DNA of 62,997 nucleotides, filler included, from an uncultured Methanosarcinales archaeon (GTDB lineage Archaea > Nanobdellota > Nanobdellia > Woesearchaeales > CAIVOO01), in the NCBI GenBank assembly GCA_964485195.1. It is 3 parts of 3 records of this genome, joined end to end, with 100 filler letters (N's around TTAATTAATTAA, not from the genome) between each part and the next. Parts side by side here need not be neighbours in the genome. Positions count along the whole stretch, not along the records: positions 1 to 27,463 come from CAZAIK010000009.1; 2 more parts are not named here. One strand, written 5' to 3'. Below, in pieces: positions 1 through 10,431 of this stretch. The notes below the pieces were generated by a model, which saw only the letters and a list, made by a program, of their open reading frames with translations, had not been told where the DNA came from and ran no database searches. Both the position numbers and the translations under genes were made by a program. How positions within the stretch are numbered: position 1 is the first letter of the stretch; each line of letters begins with the position of its first letter.

Positions 1-3
1 ACA

Positions 4-258
4 ATGAGCCTGATTAATGCTGCGATGTTTGGACTGACAGGAGGGGTTGTGAGAGGTGTTGTCGGGATTGTCAAGTCAGTGAGGAAAAGGAAGAAGCTCC
101 GCACCTGGTACTTCCTCTTCACCATAGCATCTTCCGGCCTGATAGGAATGTTTGCTGGGATGCTGCTGCCCTTTGACTACAGGATTTCCCTGCTGGCAGG
201 CTATGCGGGGATTGACCTGATAGAGAGCCTTTACAAGATTGGGAAAAGAAAGTTATGA
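4..258 (+). CDS. small membrane protein (about 3 TM, holin-like size and topology)
   Basis: 84 aa, three Gly-rich hydrophobic segments, basic C-terminal tail. Confidence 0.7.
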   Translation: MSLINAAMFGLTGGVVRGVVGIVKSVRKRKKLRTWYFLFTIASSGLIGMFAGMLLPFDYRISLLAGYAGIDLIESLYKIGKRKL

Positions 259-1176
259 GACATACTTCCCCTTTCTCTTGTTTTCAATGAGCTTCTCTGC
301 TGCTGATACCAGGTCTGTGTTGGAGGCTGAATGCTTTCTTTTCAGGTCAGAGTAAACACCCTCCCTCTGGCGGGGAGTTATCCGCATTCCCGCAATCTGC
401 TCCGTGATCTCGCCAACCCACAATGTCATGGCGTCAGCAAGCCTTCCGGTGTCCTCAGCTATCTTCTGGTCTTCAACAATAAGCCCTATTGTTTCAACCG
501 GCTTCTTTCCCACCCCTATCAGTGGAGCGAGCCTCATCCTTTCCACCCTTGACCTTAGATAGTTGTTGTGCAGTGCAGAGCTGTAAACCTGTGTTGAGAC
601 AAGAACGTTTTCTGCCTCCTGTATGAATGACTCTGTCTCTATTATCTTTGCTGCCAGCTCGTTCTTCTCCCTCTCATACTTCCTCAGCCGCTGGTTTGAG
701 TCTATGATGGAGTTGTCCAGCTCTGCTATCCTGTCAGACAGCTCTCTCTCATCAGGATTTCTCCTGTTTTGCTGCTCCTGCTTTTCCTCCTCAAGCCTTT
801 CTATCATCATCACTGCCTCCTCTATGTCGTTTTTCCTTTTCTCAAAATAGAGGGTGCTGTCCCCCAACTCCCTTTCCTTGTCTGTAATGAGCTGTTCCTG
901 CTGGCTTATCCTTTTCTCATACTGCGTGATAAGGACTTTCTGTTTTATGCAGGAGGCGTCTGCCTTCCTGATTTTCCTCTCAATCCTCTGGTCAGGGTTG
1001 GTAATTCCCAGGTAGTCTGTGAGGATGTAGAAGTATTTTATGTGCTCTGGCATTCCTTCCAGGGACTCTTCCTGTATTTTTTTCTTGTAAACCCTGGAGC
1101 TTTCGGCAACTGCCTCTGAGGAAGTTCCCAGGTCCAGGATTTCCCTTTCCCGCTCGTCTGAGATGAAGTCACTCAT
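253..1176 (-). CDS. long coiled-coil protein of unknown function
   Basis: 307 aa, E/K/R/Q-rich heptad pattern over most of its length. Confidence 0.75.
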   Translation of the reverse strand: MSDFISDEREREILDLGTSSEAVAESSRVYKKKIQEESLEGMPEHIKYFYILTDYLGITNPDQRIERKIRKADASCIKQKVLITQYEKRISQQEQLITDKERELGDSTLYFEKRKNDIEEAVMMIERLEEEKQEQQNRRNPDERELSDRIAELDNSIIDSNQRLRKYEREKNELAAKIIETESFIQEAENVLVSTQVYSSALHNNYLRSRVERMRLAPLIGVGKKPVETIGLIVEDQKIAEDTGRLADAMTLWVGEITEQIAGMRITPRQREGVYSDLKRKHSASNTDLVSAAEKLIENKRKGKYVS

Positions 1177-1393
1177 TTTTACTTGTCTCCTTTTTTATTC
1201 CCTCCAGCCTGTACTCCAGGGAGCCCAGCTGGAAGTCCCCTGTTATTGCCTCGCACTGCTCTGTTTTCCTGCTGCACAGGTAGGCCTTGTCAGCCTCCCG
1301 CTTTATCCTGTACTGGGAGTCATACATTGTCAGCATTCCCGCCCCGAATCCCAGGCCTGCTGCAACCACAAAAGGGATTATTTTTTTCATCAT
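1169..1393 (-). CDS. small protein with N-terminal TM/signal segment
   Basis: start re-called at MMKKIIPF with GAGGTGGT SD upstream; overlaps the start of the coiled-coil gene. Confidence 0.65.
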   Translation of the reverse strand: MMKKIIPFVVAAGLGFGAGMLTMYDSQYRIKREADKAYLCSRKTEQCEAITGDFQLGSLEYRLEGIKKETSKNE

Positions 1394-1502
1394 ACCACCT
1401 CTTTTCTTTGTGGGATAAACAGGCCATAGGTTGTATTTTAATTTTGGAAGTGGCGTTCGCAACGACGTTATATTTATAAATGAAAATTGTTTATGGAATG
1501 TT

Positions 1503-2219
1503 ATGATGCGAAAAAGGGGCTTTTTGCTTTCTCTTATGATAATAATAGGGGTTGTGGTGCTGATAACATTCTTTCTTGCCTTTACTTTGAGAAACGAGAT
1601 AGCTGATGTTTTCAAGCCAAGGATTTCTGATGTTAGCGCTGTTCAGGTGTATGTGGAGAACTGCGTGGACGCTGTTTCCAAGTACGGCATTTACAGGCTG
1701 GGAAAGCAGGGAGGAATCCTTTACCTGGAACCAGGGCATTTTTCCCACGCATTTCTCAGGGTCAATTACGCATTTGATGAGGCAAAAGCATTTCCCGGCA
1801 TTGAAGGCGTTGAGAACGAGCTGGAATTTTTCATAGGCGAGAACATTAAGAACTGCACCCGCGGTTTCAGGGGTTTCCAGTCAAGGGGGATGAGAATAGA
1901 GGAAGGCAACGCCACTGCAGATGTCATTCCGGGGAGGGAGTCTGTGATTGTAAAACTGCACTACCCTCTCAGGATAATGTATGAGGACAGGACTTTCGTG
2001 CTTGAAAAATTCCAGAAAGCAATCCCTGTGAAGCTCAGGAAGGTTCATTCAGAAACTGACAGTTTCCTGGACCTGGAAAGGTATGACCTGCTTTATCTCA
2101 ATGAGATGGATGCCAATGTTTACATTACTCCTTTTGACGAGGCTGACTTGTTCGTGGAGGAAAGGCTGGGCTCAAGAATAAACGCAGAGGATTACCTCTT
2201 TATCTTCGCAGTGAAGTGA
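1503..2219 (+). CDS. class III signal-peptide-like (prepilin-like) membrane-anchored protein, paralog A
   Basis: MRKRG followed by a hydrophobic helix; YVENC..G.QGG and YP motifs shared with 8256-10430 and 13311-14054; TATA (TTTATAAA) about 25 nt upstream. Confidence 0.75.
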   Translation: MMRKRGFLLSLMIIIGVVVLITFFLAFTLRNEIADVFKPRISDVSAVQVYVENCVDAVSKYGIYRLGKQGGILYLEPGHFSHAFLRVNYAFDEAKAFPGIEGVENELEFFIGENIKNCTRGFRGFQSRGMRIEEGNATADVIPGRESVIVKLHYPLRIMYEDRTFVLEKFQKAIPVKLRKVHSETDSFLDLERYDLLYLNEMDANVYITPFDEADLFVEERLGSRINAEDYLFIFAVK

Positions 2220-2892
2220 CTCCCGGCTTTTTGAGAATGTTTCTTCCCACATACAGCACTGCCCAGCTGATGAACATTCCTGAAATTATGAGGTTCAGGA
2301 ACTTAAGGCTGATGAGTTTCATTAACAGCGACAAGACAGCGGAAACTGCCAGGAAGATTATGTAAGGGAAAACAAGATGCTTTATCCTTTTTGTCCCGAA
2401 AGAAAAACCCTTTCTTATCCCCCTGAATGTTCTTTCAGTCAATGCGATGAAAAGGAAGACAAGGTTGGAGAAGTGAAGCAGCACCAAAAGGAGTATGATG
2501 AAAACAGCGGGGCCTGCCGTGCTTCCTTCTCCAGAGAGCCTCATTGCAAACATAAAAGGGATTAAAAAGATGAGCGCCAGCATTATTGACGCGAAAGCAT
2601 ACTTGGGCCACAGCCTCCCCTTAAAGCCTTTTTTGGCAGCGACTGAGTAGACAAACGCTGTGAGGAGGGTGAGCAGCAGGAACATTGCCAGTGCAAAGCC
2701 CATCATCAGGAAGAGAAGCGAGTAGGCGTATTTCGCAGCCTCTGCCTCATATGCCGGCGACAGCGGCAGTGAGGAAACATAGGAGGGGAACAGGTAGGCC
2801 AAAAGATAGAGTATTGCGAAAAAGATAATGTAGCTGCTGAAAACCTTGAGGTATTCCTGCAGGGAAAAAGGGAAAAAATCTTTCAGTCTCAT
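2200..2892 (-). CDS. polytopic membrane protein (about 6 TM)
   Basis: hydrophobicity pattern; last gene of a coupled minus-strand run. Confidence 0.75.
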   Translation of the reverse strand: MRLKDFFPFSLQEYLKVFSSYIIFFAILYLLAYLFPSYVSSLPLSPAYEAEAAKYAYSLLFLMMGFALAMFLLLTLLTAFVYSVAAKKGFKGRLWPKYAFASIMLALIFLIPFMFAMRLSGEGSTAGPAVFIILLLVLLHFSNLVFLFIALTERTFRGIRKGFSFGTKRIKHLVFPYIIFLAVSAVLSLLMKLISLKFLNLIISGMFISWAVLYVGRNILKKPGVTSLRR

Positions 2893-4589
2893 ACTTCAAT
2901 CTCTCCTGATGGTGCAGGGGATGTTGTGCCGCCATCTCCTCCTTCTTCTTCGCCCTCCTCAGAAGGGACTGTGAGCGTGGGCACGTTTATCGGGGGCGGA
3001 GTGGCAATCTCAACATCGTTGCATACCTTCTTGTTATTCTCGCTGAGATATTGCTTGACATATGAGTCCATGTCGTCAGTGTCGTGAAACTTTATGCACG
3101 CCCTTTTGAACATTTTCTTTGACTTTACCACAAGGGCGTGGCCTATGGTGGAAGTCCCGAAAGAGGAGTATTCATCATCATCGCAGTCCTTCCCCGCGCA
3201 AAGCTTTATCCTTCCGGTGATGTTTATGTCCTGCCCGTCCATCAGGAACACTGTTGCCTCTGACTTTCTTGTCTCTTTAGGATTTCCCTGCGCATCCTGG
3301 CGGACGGTCTTGAACAGGTTGTTGCCGTTGATGTTAAAGAAGACCTTGTACCTGTAGAATGTCTCGTTTTCCTCTCCTGTGGTGAGGTTCAGGGTGGTGA
3401 ATGTCAGCCTTTCCGCCTGGATGTCAGCTCCCGTAGTGCCTGATGAAGTCGGCAGAAAGCCCTCGTCAAGGAAGTCTGCATAGTCTGTTTCCAGCTCGCA
3501 GATATACCTTGCAGGGTCGGAGATTACCTGCAAGAGCACGCTGTCCTCAAACCAGTTCTCATACCACAGGAAGTCGCTGGAATAATCCCACCAGCCGTAG
3601 GTGTATCCAAGCTCCATAAAATTTCCCACTGCAGCTGCAAATGTCCTTCCGCTCCTTATGCCGACCGCTGCCCATTCCTTTGATGCCTCGTAAGCGACCT
3701 GGTTTTTCTCAGCATTTGTTAAATCATCAGCGTCTTCACCTTTCACTTCCTCGCCGTCAAAAGCCACCTGTTTGACATTCCCTTCTTTGTCAACTATTGT
3801 TACCATAGTAGGACCTTCTGTTGTGAAATCTCCCACGCCGTAACAGTTTCCTGTGTCAGCGTCGTAGCTCAGGCTACTCCCCCGGTAAATGCACCTGTCA
3901 GCAAGGAAGAAGCCTTCAACTCTCTCTCCGAGACTGACATCCACCCCCTCTTCCTCCGTCCCTGTTATTATTATTGGATTTTTAGGGTCAGTGGGTATGC
4001 AGTTCTCTTTCTGACTATCGCTGCAGGTGTCCAGCACGTCGCAAGTGCCCAACTGGATTATGGGGTTGCAATAGTACAGCTCCTCTCCTGTCGGGGAATA
4101 AATGCTCTGGGTTTGCGTTTTTTTGCCGGGTCTTCTGTCCATAACATAATTCCCCCCGCCTGCAAAGGTTACTGAAAATCGCGGGCTTCCTGAAGCATCC
4201 CCCCTGTAAATGTTAAAGGAATCGTCTTCTGCTGGCACAACTGTCCACTCTCCCCTGCCAAACCTTGTAAGCTCAGCCCCCTTCTTGTTGACTTCAAAAG
4301 TCATTCCGTTATCAGTGGGCTTTATGGAGTCAAAAAATTTCCCTAAATTGTCCTTATTCAAAACAGCCTTGCCTTCATCATTAACGCCTCCCAGCATGTA
4401 TAAGGGAATTTTGATTTCAGTATCACCTTCACTAAAAGTGCACAGGCCATTTTCACATTCAAAGGCACCAACATTTATATTGGCCTCTCCAGCTTCCTGC
4501 ACTGCTCCCCCTTCTGCTGGCGAAAACCCTGCTGATGCAGTTAGGATAATGAAAAAGACTGCAATTCCGAATATTATTTTCCTTTTCAT
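2889..4589 (-). CDS. secreted acidic Cys-rich protein, 566 aa
   Basis: N-terminal signal peptide, many Cys, internal aromatic/amphipathic stretch. Confidence 0.8.
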   Translation of the reverse strand: MKRKIIFGIAVFFIILTASAGFSPAEGGAVQEAGEANINVGAFECENGLCTFSEGDTEIKIPLYMLGGVNDEGKAVLNKDNLGKFFDSIKPTDNGMTFEVNKKGAELTRFGRGEWTVVPAEDDSFNIYRGDASGSPRFSVTFAGGGNYVMDRRPGKKTQTQSIYSPTGEELYYCNPIIQLGTCDVLDTCSDSQKENCIPTDPKNPIIITGTEEEGVDVSLGERVEGFFLADRCIYRGSSLSYDADTGNCYGVGDFTTEGPTMVTIVDKEGNVKQVAFDGEEVKGEDADDLTNAEKNQVAYEASKEWAAVGIRSGRTFAAAVGNFMELGYTYGWWDYSSDFLWYENWFEDSVLLQVISDPARYICELETDYADFLDEGFLPTSSGTTGADIQAERLTFTTLNLTTGEENETFYRYKVFFNINGNNLFKTVRQDAQGNPKETRKSEATVFLMDGQDINITGRIKLCAGKDCDDDEYSSFGTSTIGHALVVKSKKMFKRACIKFHDTDDMDSYVKQYLSENNKKVCNDVEIATPPPINVPTLTVPSEEGEEEGGDGGTTSPAPSGEIEV

Positions 4590-4590
4590 T

Positions 4591-7500
4591 TTAGTCTATC
4601 TCTTCATACGCCTCTTCAAATGCCGCGCACATGTCCGCGCCGTACATCGTGTCTATTCCTTCCTCCATCAACACGGACACCTTTTGCCAGGTGTTCATCA
4701 TCTGGGTAAACCAGTTCAGCACATTTGTTATCGTGTTGGTCACCTTACAGATAGCTGCCGCAACATTAAGCTCTGATTTCCCCCTCCCCATAAGTGCGCA
4801 GGAGACTGTTCCCGTAAAAAATGTTGCAAATGAAACAGGATCGTGAAAGACTGATTTCAAAAATGCTTCTATGTTGTCCAGCGTTGCCATGTAAGGGATT
4901 ATATTGAATATCTCCCCCTTCACTGCAAGGCAGGTTTGCAGCCCGTGCATTTCCTCGCAGGCCTTGAGCGGCCCTTCAAGCGCTGATGTCTGGATAAGGC
5001 AAAGCCCGTAGGCGCACTCTATCTGCCTGTATTTCTCAATGTTGTAAACAACGCCCGGAAGGCACAGGAACACCGTGCTGAGTATGAGGCTTTCCCTCAT
5101 GTCAGCTGGCCAGAACTGGACAAAGTTCGCAAGAATTGCTCCCATAGCTCCCAACGCCTTTCTGGCTCCAAGGTTAAGCTCTTCACCTGCATTTTCAGCA
5201 GCTTCTTTAGTTTTTTCACTGGCTTCACCAGGGCTTATGTCTAAATCAGCCCATTTTTCTGTAAGCCTTTCAACAATCTCATTTATGTTTCCTGTCATAG
5301 CCCCACCTTCTTTATTCTCACCAGAAGATTCCAAAGCTTGACTTAATCTGCTGCCAATATTAGATGTTGTGTCTCTTGCCTCCTGTGACACGCTTTCATA
5401 TGTGTTTCTTAAATTTCCTAAACTAACCATCCCACCACCTCCTCCTCCATCTTCTGTTGTAGAGCCTGTTATGAAACGCGTTGCTGCACTTGCAGTTTCT
5501 CCTTCTGTGGGACCTCCCCCTGCCTGTAGATCACCGCCCCCTCCCCCAGCTTCAGCCTGGCCACTATTTCCTCCAGGAACTTCCACACCTTCACCAAGAT
5601 TCTGGAACAAACCGGCAGCCTGGGGAGTCATTGTTTCTATAATCTCATGATATTTGCTCTGCCACCCTTTTAACCTGCAATAGGCGAATTCACATAACGG
5701 GCGCATAAACTTGTCTATCCCTCCCACCCCTATGGAAACACCGTCGCTCGCTGATCTCACACCTTCTGATATTGGAGTGCAGATAGGAGCGAGAATCAGT
5801 AAGCTTGCGTCTTCGCAAATTGCTGTCTGAATATGCGCATTTAATTCACTCATATGGAATAAAGCCAGTGTATTTGCAATAAGGTAATATATCTGGCAGA
5901 GGAAGTTTATCCAATCCAGCGTCTTTTTCAGGAAGTCCAGCACCTTGAAGAAGTCGCTGGTCACTGCTTCATAAACCTCGTCAACCTTGTCCTTGACGTT
6001 CTTGTCAAACCTACCAAGGGGCATGTTGTAAAGCCCCACTCCCACTGTGACATTGTCTATTTCCTTCTGGGTTATCCTCCCGCCAACAAGGGAAACAATG
6101 CCTACCTGGCAGTTGTACCTTAGCAAGTCAGTGTCCTTGTAAATCCCTCTTGCTATCCTCAGCTCTATGTTTGAGGCTTCGGGAATGTCAGGGAAGATGC
6201 TTATCTCTGAAGCTGTGCCGTCATTCTCGCACCATTCCAGGGAAACCTGGAGAAGCTCAGGGCTTCCCTGTATTGAAGTGAATTCAAGTGGGACATAGAC
6301 AAAGGGCGAGACTATGGGGAGTATCTGCTTGTCTATTGATGCAGGGGAAGGTGTTCCCATCTCGACCTTCCAGTAGTTGGAAACATTCTCCTCTGTGGGA
6401 AGAACATCAATATGGGTTTTAGGGATGTAACTCATCTCGCCGGTGTTGGGGTCTGGGTAGGCGATGTAAAGGGGCGTGTCATAGTATTCCTTCTGGTTTC
6501 CTGTGATGTCTGAAGCGTTTATCACCGGCCTCCAGTAGTGGGATTCCCTCACTCCTCTTATTATCCAGCTGCACTTCCAGTGCGAGCCGTTGTATATTGT
6601 TCCCTGAATGTAAGAAACATTTATCAGCTCGCAGCTGTCCGCCTTTCTCATCCCTTCCCCGCCTTCCAGCATTGAAAGGTCCAGATAAATGTTGAAGTCG
6701 CCGTTCTGGTTTACCATTGCGGAGTCTTCTGTGATGTTTGCCCTTATGACTATGTTCTCTCCTGCTCCTATGGCAGGGTAGGTGTTTTGGGTGTGCACTT
6801 CAACCCCCGCAATGTCGGGGGGTGTTGTGTCTATGGCAACTCTTTTGGAGAAGGTTGCCTTGTTGCTCACGTCGTCAAATGCCTGGAAGCCCAGCACTGC
6901 CTCCTCCCCAGCTGCCTGTTTCAGGTCAATTCCGGGCCAGTGGCAGGTCCATATTCCCGCTTTCTTGTCGCACCCTGCCTGGTAAAGGTCGCTGGCGGGG
7001 ACGTCAAAGTATTCATTGAAGTTTTCTGCATAAGTGAAGTTCTTTGAAAAGCCTGACTGGGTTTCAGCCAGGTCAAGGAATATTTTGTTATTTTCAGGGC
7101 CGAGGAAAGGCGTGTTATTGAACATGTAATTTGTCCTAAGCATCTGCAGCTCTGGCTCTTGCTCGTCTGCCTGCAGCCCGAAGACAAATTGCTCGCTTAT
7201 CTCGTTGCCGGCATCGTCATATGCGAATATTGATATTTGCTGTGTTGTGGATTCTGAAGGCAACAAGGCGAGGAATCTTGCAGAGCAGTTCCACTTCCTG
7301 CTCTCCTCTTCCTTTCCGCAGGCCATGGTCTGGTTTTCCAGCTGGAATCCTGAAAGGTCAACCACTGCCCTTTCAAGGTCTGCATAAGGAACCTCTACCT
7401 GCGCCTGTACTTTCGCGTTTATGCCAGTGCCTGGGAGGAATGTCAGGAGGCTTCCGGATTCATCAACTATCTTGGGAGTTTCTATTGCAGGAGGCTCCCT

Positions 7501-8259
7501 TGCAATCACAAGGTTGGTGCAGGTGTTGGGAGTGATGTTGATGTTTCCTGCATTGTCCAGCCCTGCTATGCAGATGGAATAGTTGCCTGATGGAAGGTTT
7601 CCCACAGGCATTTTGAATGTCCTGGTGTCTGCACATCCTGAAGGCGCGTTTGATGACTGGTTTACCTCTATGGTTTTGAGAATGTTTGAATAATCATTGG
7701 AAGGGTAAATTAAAACAGCCTTGATTCCTGCGCAAAGGTCCTGGCAGTTCAGGCAGGCCTCGTCATTTGCAGAGTAGTCAACAGTGACATTGTCCTCATT
7801 TGTTTTTGAGGGGGCTATCGTGAAGCTGGAAAATGAGGGGGGAAGCCTGTCCACGCTTATCCTCACAGGCTTTGTGCACGCCCCTGCGCAGTCCTGCGCG
7901 TTCAGGATGACATTTCCGGTGTAGGTGCCACCGGGCATGTTCAAGAGCTCCCTTTGATACAGGCACCTGTACCAGTCAGAGCCCAATGCCTCGCAGTTTT
8001 GGAAGCTTTCAGGTGTTGTCCCGAAATCAACAGTGAGGCTGTTGGCAACCTCTGCTTCAGGAACTCCCAACACCAATGCCCTTGCTGTTATTGACAAGGT
8101 GTCCGAGCCTCTCATAAACCCCGTGGTGTTGGTGCTTCCGTAAGGCCTGACAGTATCTATTATTGAGTTGACTGCGTAAGCGTCCGCGACATAGAATGGA
8201 AATGTGATTATCAGGAAAATCATTGCAAGTGCTATGCTCCACAAGGTTGTTTTTCTCAT
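4591..8259 (-). CDS. large secreted protein, 1222 aa: tandem Ig-like repeats plus Cys-rich helical C-terminal region
   Basis: signal peptide; repeated D..PP / W.C / A.D..GN motifs typical of Ig-like repeats; amphipathic helices with many Cys at the C-terminus. Confidence 0.8.
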   Translation of the reverse strand: MRKTTLWSIALAMIFLIITFPFYVADAYAVNSIIDTVRPYGSTNTTGFMRGSDTLSITARALVLGVPEAEVANSLTVDFGTTPESFQNCEALGSDWYRCLYQRELLNMPGGTYTGNVILNAQDCAGACTKPVRISVDRLPPSFSSFTIAPSKTNEDNVTVDYSANDEACLNCQDLCAGIKAVLIYPSNDYSNILKTIEVNQSSNAPSGCADTRTFKMPVGNLPSGNYSICIAGLDNAGNINITPNTCTNLVIAREPPAIETPKIVDESGSLLTFLPGTGINAKVQAQVEVPYADLERAVVDLSGFQLENQTMACGKEEESRKWNCSARFLALLPSESTTQQISIFAYDDAGNEISEQFVFGLQADEQEPELQMLRTNYMFNNTPFLGPENNKIFLDLAETQSGFSKNFTYAENFNEYFDVPASDLYQAGCDKKAGIWTCHWPGIDLKQAAGEEAVLGFQAFDDVSNKATFSKRVAIDTTPPDIAGVEVHTQNTYPAIGAGENIVIRANITEDSAMVNQNGDFNIYLDLSMLEGGEGMRKADSCELINVSYIQGTIYNGSHWKCSWIIRGVRESHYWRPVINASDITGNQKEYYDTPLYIAYPDPNTGEMSYIPKTHIDVLPTEENVSNYWKVEMGTPSPASIDKQILPIVSPFVYVPLEFTSIQGSPELLQVSLEWCENDGTASEISIFPDIPEASNIELRIARGIYKDTDLLRYNCQVGIVSLVGGRITQKEIDNVTVGVGLYNMPLGRFDKNVKDKVDEVYEAVTSDFFKVLDFLKKTLDWINFLCQIYYLIANTLALFHMSELNAHIQTAICEDASLLILAPICTPISEGVRSASDGVSIGVGGIDKFMRPLCEFAYCRLKGWQSKYHEIIETMTPQAAGLFQNLGEGVEVPGGNSGQAEAGGGGGDLQAGGGPTEGETASAATRFITGSTTEDGGGGGGMVSLGNLRNTYESVSQEARDTTSNIGSRLSQALESSGENKEGGAMTGNINEIVERLTEKWADLDISPGEASEKTKEAAENAGEELNLGARKALGAMGAILANFVQFWPADMRESLILSTVFLCLPGVVYNIEKYRQIECAYGLCLIQTSALEGPLKACEEMHGLQTCLAVKGEIFNIIPYMATLDNIEAFLKSVFHDPVSFATFFTGTVSCALMGRGKSELNVAAAICKVTNTITNVLNWFTQMMNTWQKVSVLMEEGIDTMYGADMCAAFEEAYEEID

Positions 8260-10430
8260 TTTAGCAATGGCTTGTAATATGGGAAGTTCATATTGTTCTT
8301 GAATGGCGCGAACTTGTCCTCAATCCTCTCAAGGTCCTTGTGGTCCTCTGGAAGGTCTGCGTATATGACAAAAAACTCTGCCTCTGTGGCTCCTGAAAGC
8401 TCCTCCTGAGTCACTTCCCATTCATACTCCGTGGTGGGGAATATGTAATTCTCAAACTCAAGTTCAGGCAGCTCCACGCACTCCTCCCCTACGCCTGCGA
8501 ATCCCCCTTCGCACACCTCGTCTTCAGGAATTATAACTGTTTCGTTATGTATCAATGTTATGATAACCTCATACCTGCCGGGAACTAAAGTAATGTTCTG
8601 CCAGGTCTCGTTTATTCCTTTCATGAAAGTCACTGCTGATGTCACGGGCTCTTCATCAGTTTCTTCCTGCACCTTGTTGACATTAAGTATCACTATGTCG
8701 CTTTCTGACAACTCAACAGGGCTGCCCAGCATTCCTGTGTTCACTGTGGGCAGGTCTATGGGCAATGAAACCCCTAATGACTCTGCCTTCTTCTTTTTCA
8801 TAACTGCCTTCACCCTCTTCATTGGATGCAGCTCAAATGTTCCCTCCTGCGACTTGTTAAGGGCTGTGGCAAACCTCACATATTTTGTCTTGTACTCTGG
8901 CTTGGAAAGTATGAGTGTTCCTATCCCCACTGGGAACCTTTCCTCAAGGACTGCTGTTTCAAAATTCTCGCTAAAGACATCATCATCCAATTCTGTGCGC
9001 CCTATGCTGCACCTCTGGCTTGACCTGAAAATCACGTTCACGCCCTCCAACGGCTCTCCTGTCTCGGCATCAACTGCCTTTATTGTTATGGGCCCTGAAT
9101 TCCTCTGTTTCTCCTCGCAGAAGGTGCTCTGCTGGGAGAGGTCTGCTGAAACTGCAGGTATGGTGACAAAGTTGTTGCTCACAGCGTCGTTGTTCCTGAT
9201 GTTTGTCTCCATTGCAAAGACAAAGGTGTAGCCCCTCCCGCTGTAAGCCTCAGGGTCTGATACCCTCACAATAACAGGGTAGGAGATGTCATAGACAAAC
9301 TTGTAGTCCTTGAAGGGGATGAGGTTGAGGAAGGGAGGGATTTCCATCTTCGTTGGCTTTAGCGTGTCGCTTTCAGAGCCCACGAAGTTGAGGTACAAGG
9401 GCCATCCCAGATACATGAAGCCAACAGACAGGTCGGTGACTTCCTCTCCGGGCACCACCATCCCCCTGTAAAGCCCCTGCATCAGAGGGTCTTCAAAGCG
9501 GGCTGGTGAGTTGAAATTGCTCGTTCCTTCCACCTGCAATGCAGGCACGTAAGCCTGGAGCATCTGCTTGAGCAGGTTCTTGACATTCTTCTTGCTCCAG
9601 CTGACTGAATCATAAGAAAACCGCAACTGGTAAAATGGCGGGAGTGCGTCCTCATCAACCCTTGAAAATCCTGATATCAGGTTGAGAGTGTTAAGCCCCA
9701 GAAACCTTGACCTTGCTGATGTTTCAATGATGTGCTCTGCCATCCTGTACACCTTGCTCATCCTCACCGGCAGCGTGATCTGGTATTCTGACATTCTTAT
9801 GCTTTCGCTTCCCTCTACTGAAACCATTATTGGATATCTCATGTAAATCAAAACGTCATTTTCCCTCACATATGTTGTTACATTAATTCCGCCTGCCTCC
9901 TCTATTGAATAGCCGCTGTCCCTGAACTCCTTGAAATTGTCAAGGTATTGCCTAATGCTCTTTTCCAAGTGCTTGTCAATCTGGGATTCAATAGAGTTAC
10001 CTCCCTCTGCCCTGTAAAGCGGAGGCCTCCACGAGCCCAGCTGGCACACTTCGCAGTCGTCCGGCGGCCTCATGTACTCCCAGTAGGGAACGTAATTGTC
10101 AGCTCCGGGAGGGAAATCAACCATATCCGCCTCTGTGGGATGCTCGTCATCCTTCTGGAAATCAAAACCGCTGTATTCCCTGCTGTCCACCGAGACATAT
10201 CCCCCGTGCAGGCCGATGTTGTTCAAAGCGTCCTCCCCTGCCTCTCTCAGTGCCTCTATGATAAATGCCTGCACAGGCTGCGCCTCAGTGGGAACCCTTT
10301 CCACAGCAACCCTTACCTCTTTCTCGGGCACAGCCACCTGGCTCTTTATGTAAAGCACAAGAGCTGTGGAGAACAGCAGTATTATGCCTATTATGATGAA
10401 TACAGTTATTTGTGATTTCTTGTTTTTCAT
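8256..10430 (-). CDS. class III signal-peptide protein, 724 aa, with C-terminal carboxypeptidase-regulatory-like beta domain, paralog B
   Basis: MKNKKSQITVFIIIGIILL prepilin-type N-terminus; VDAETGEPLEGVNV motif. Confidence 0.8.
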   Translation of the reverse strand: MKNKKSQITVFIIIGIILLFSTALVLYIKSQVAVPEKEVRVAVERVPTEAQPVQAFIIEALREAGEDALNNIGLHGGYVSVDSREYSGFDFQKDDEHPTEADMVDFPPGADNYVPYWEYMRPPDDCEVCQLGSWRPPLYRAEGGNSIESQIDKHLEKSIRQYLDNFKEFRDSGYSIEEAGGINVTTYVRENDVLIYMRYPIMVSVEGSESIRMSEYQITLPVRMSKVYRMAEHIIETSARSRFLGLNTLNLISGFSRVDEDALPPFYQLRFSYDSVSWSKKNVKNLLKQMLQAYVPALQVEGTSNFNSPARFEDPLMQGLYRGMVVPGEEVTDLSVGFMYLGWPLYLNFVGSESDTLKPTKMEIPPFLNLIPFKDYKFVYDISYPVIVRVSDPEAYSGRGYTFVFAMETNIRNNDAVSNNFVTIPAVSADLSQQSTFCEEKQRNSGPITIKAVDAETGEPLEGVNVIFRSSQRCSIGRTELDDDVFSENFETAVLEERFPVGIGTLILSKPEYKTKYVRFATALNKSQEGTFELHPMKRVKAVMKKKKAESLGVSLPIDLPTVNTGMLGSPVELSESDIVILNVNKVQEETDEEPVTSAVTFMKGINETWQNITLVPGRYEVIITLIHNETVIIPEDEVCEGGFAGVGEECVELPELEFENYIFPTTEYEWEVTQEELSGATEAEFFVIYADLPEDHKDLERIEDKFAPFKNNMNFPYYKPLLK

Positions 10431-10431
10431 T

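Noticed and set aside
8560..9231. 223-aa plus-strand ORF and the many other antisense or alternate-frame ORFs in the track
   Set aside because: Ser/Phe-rich shadows of well-supported genes with no recognisable motifs
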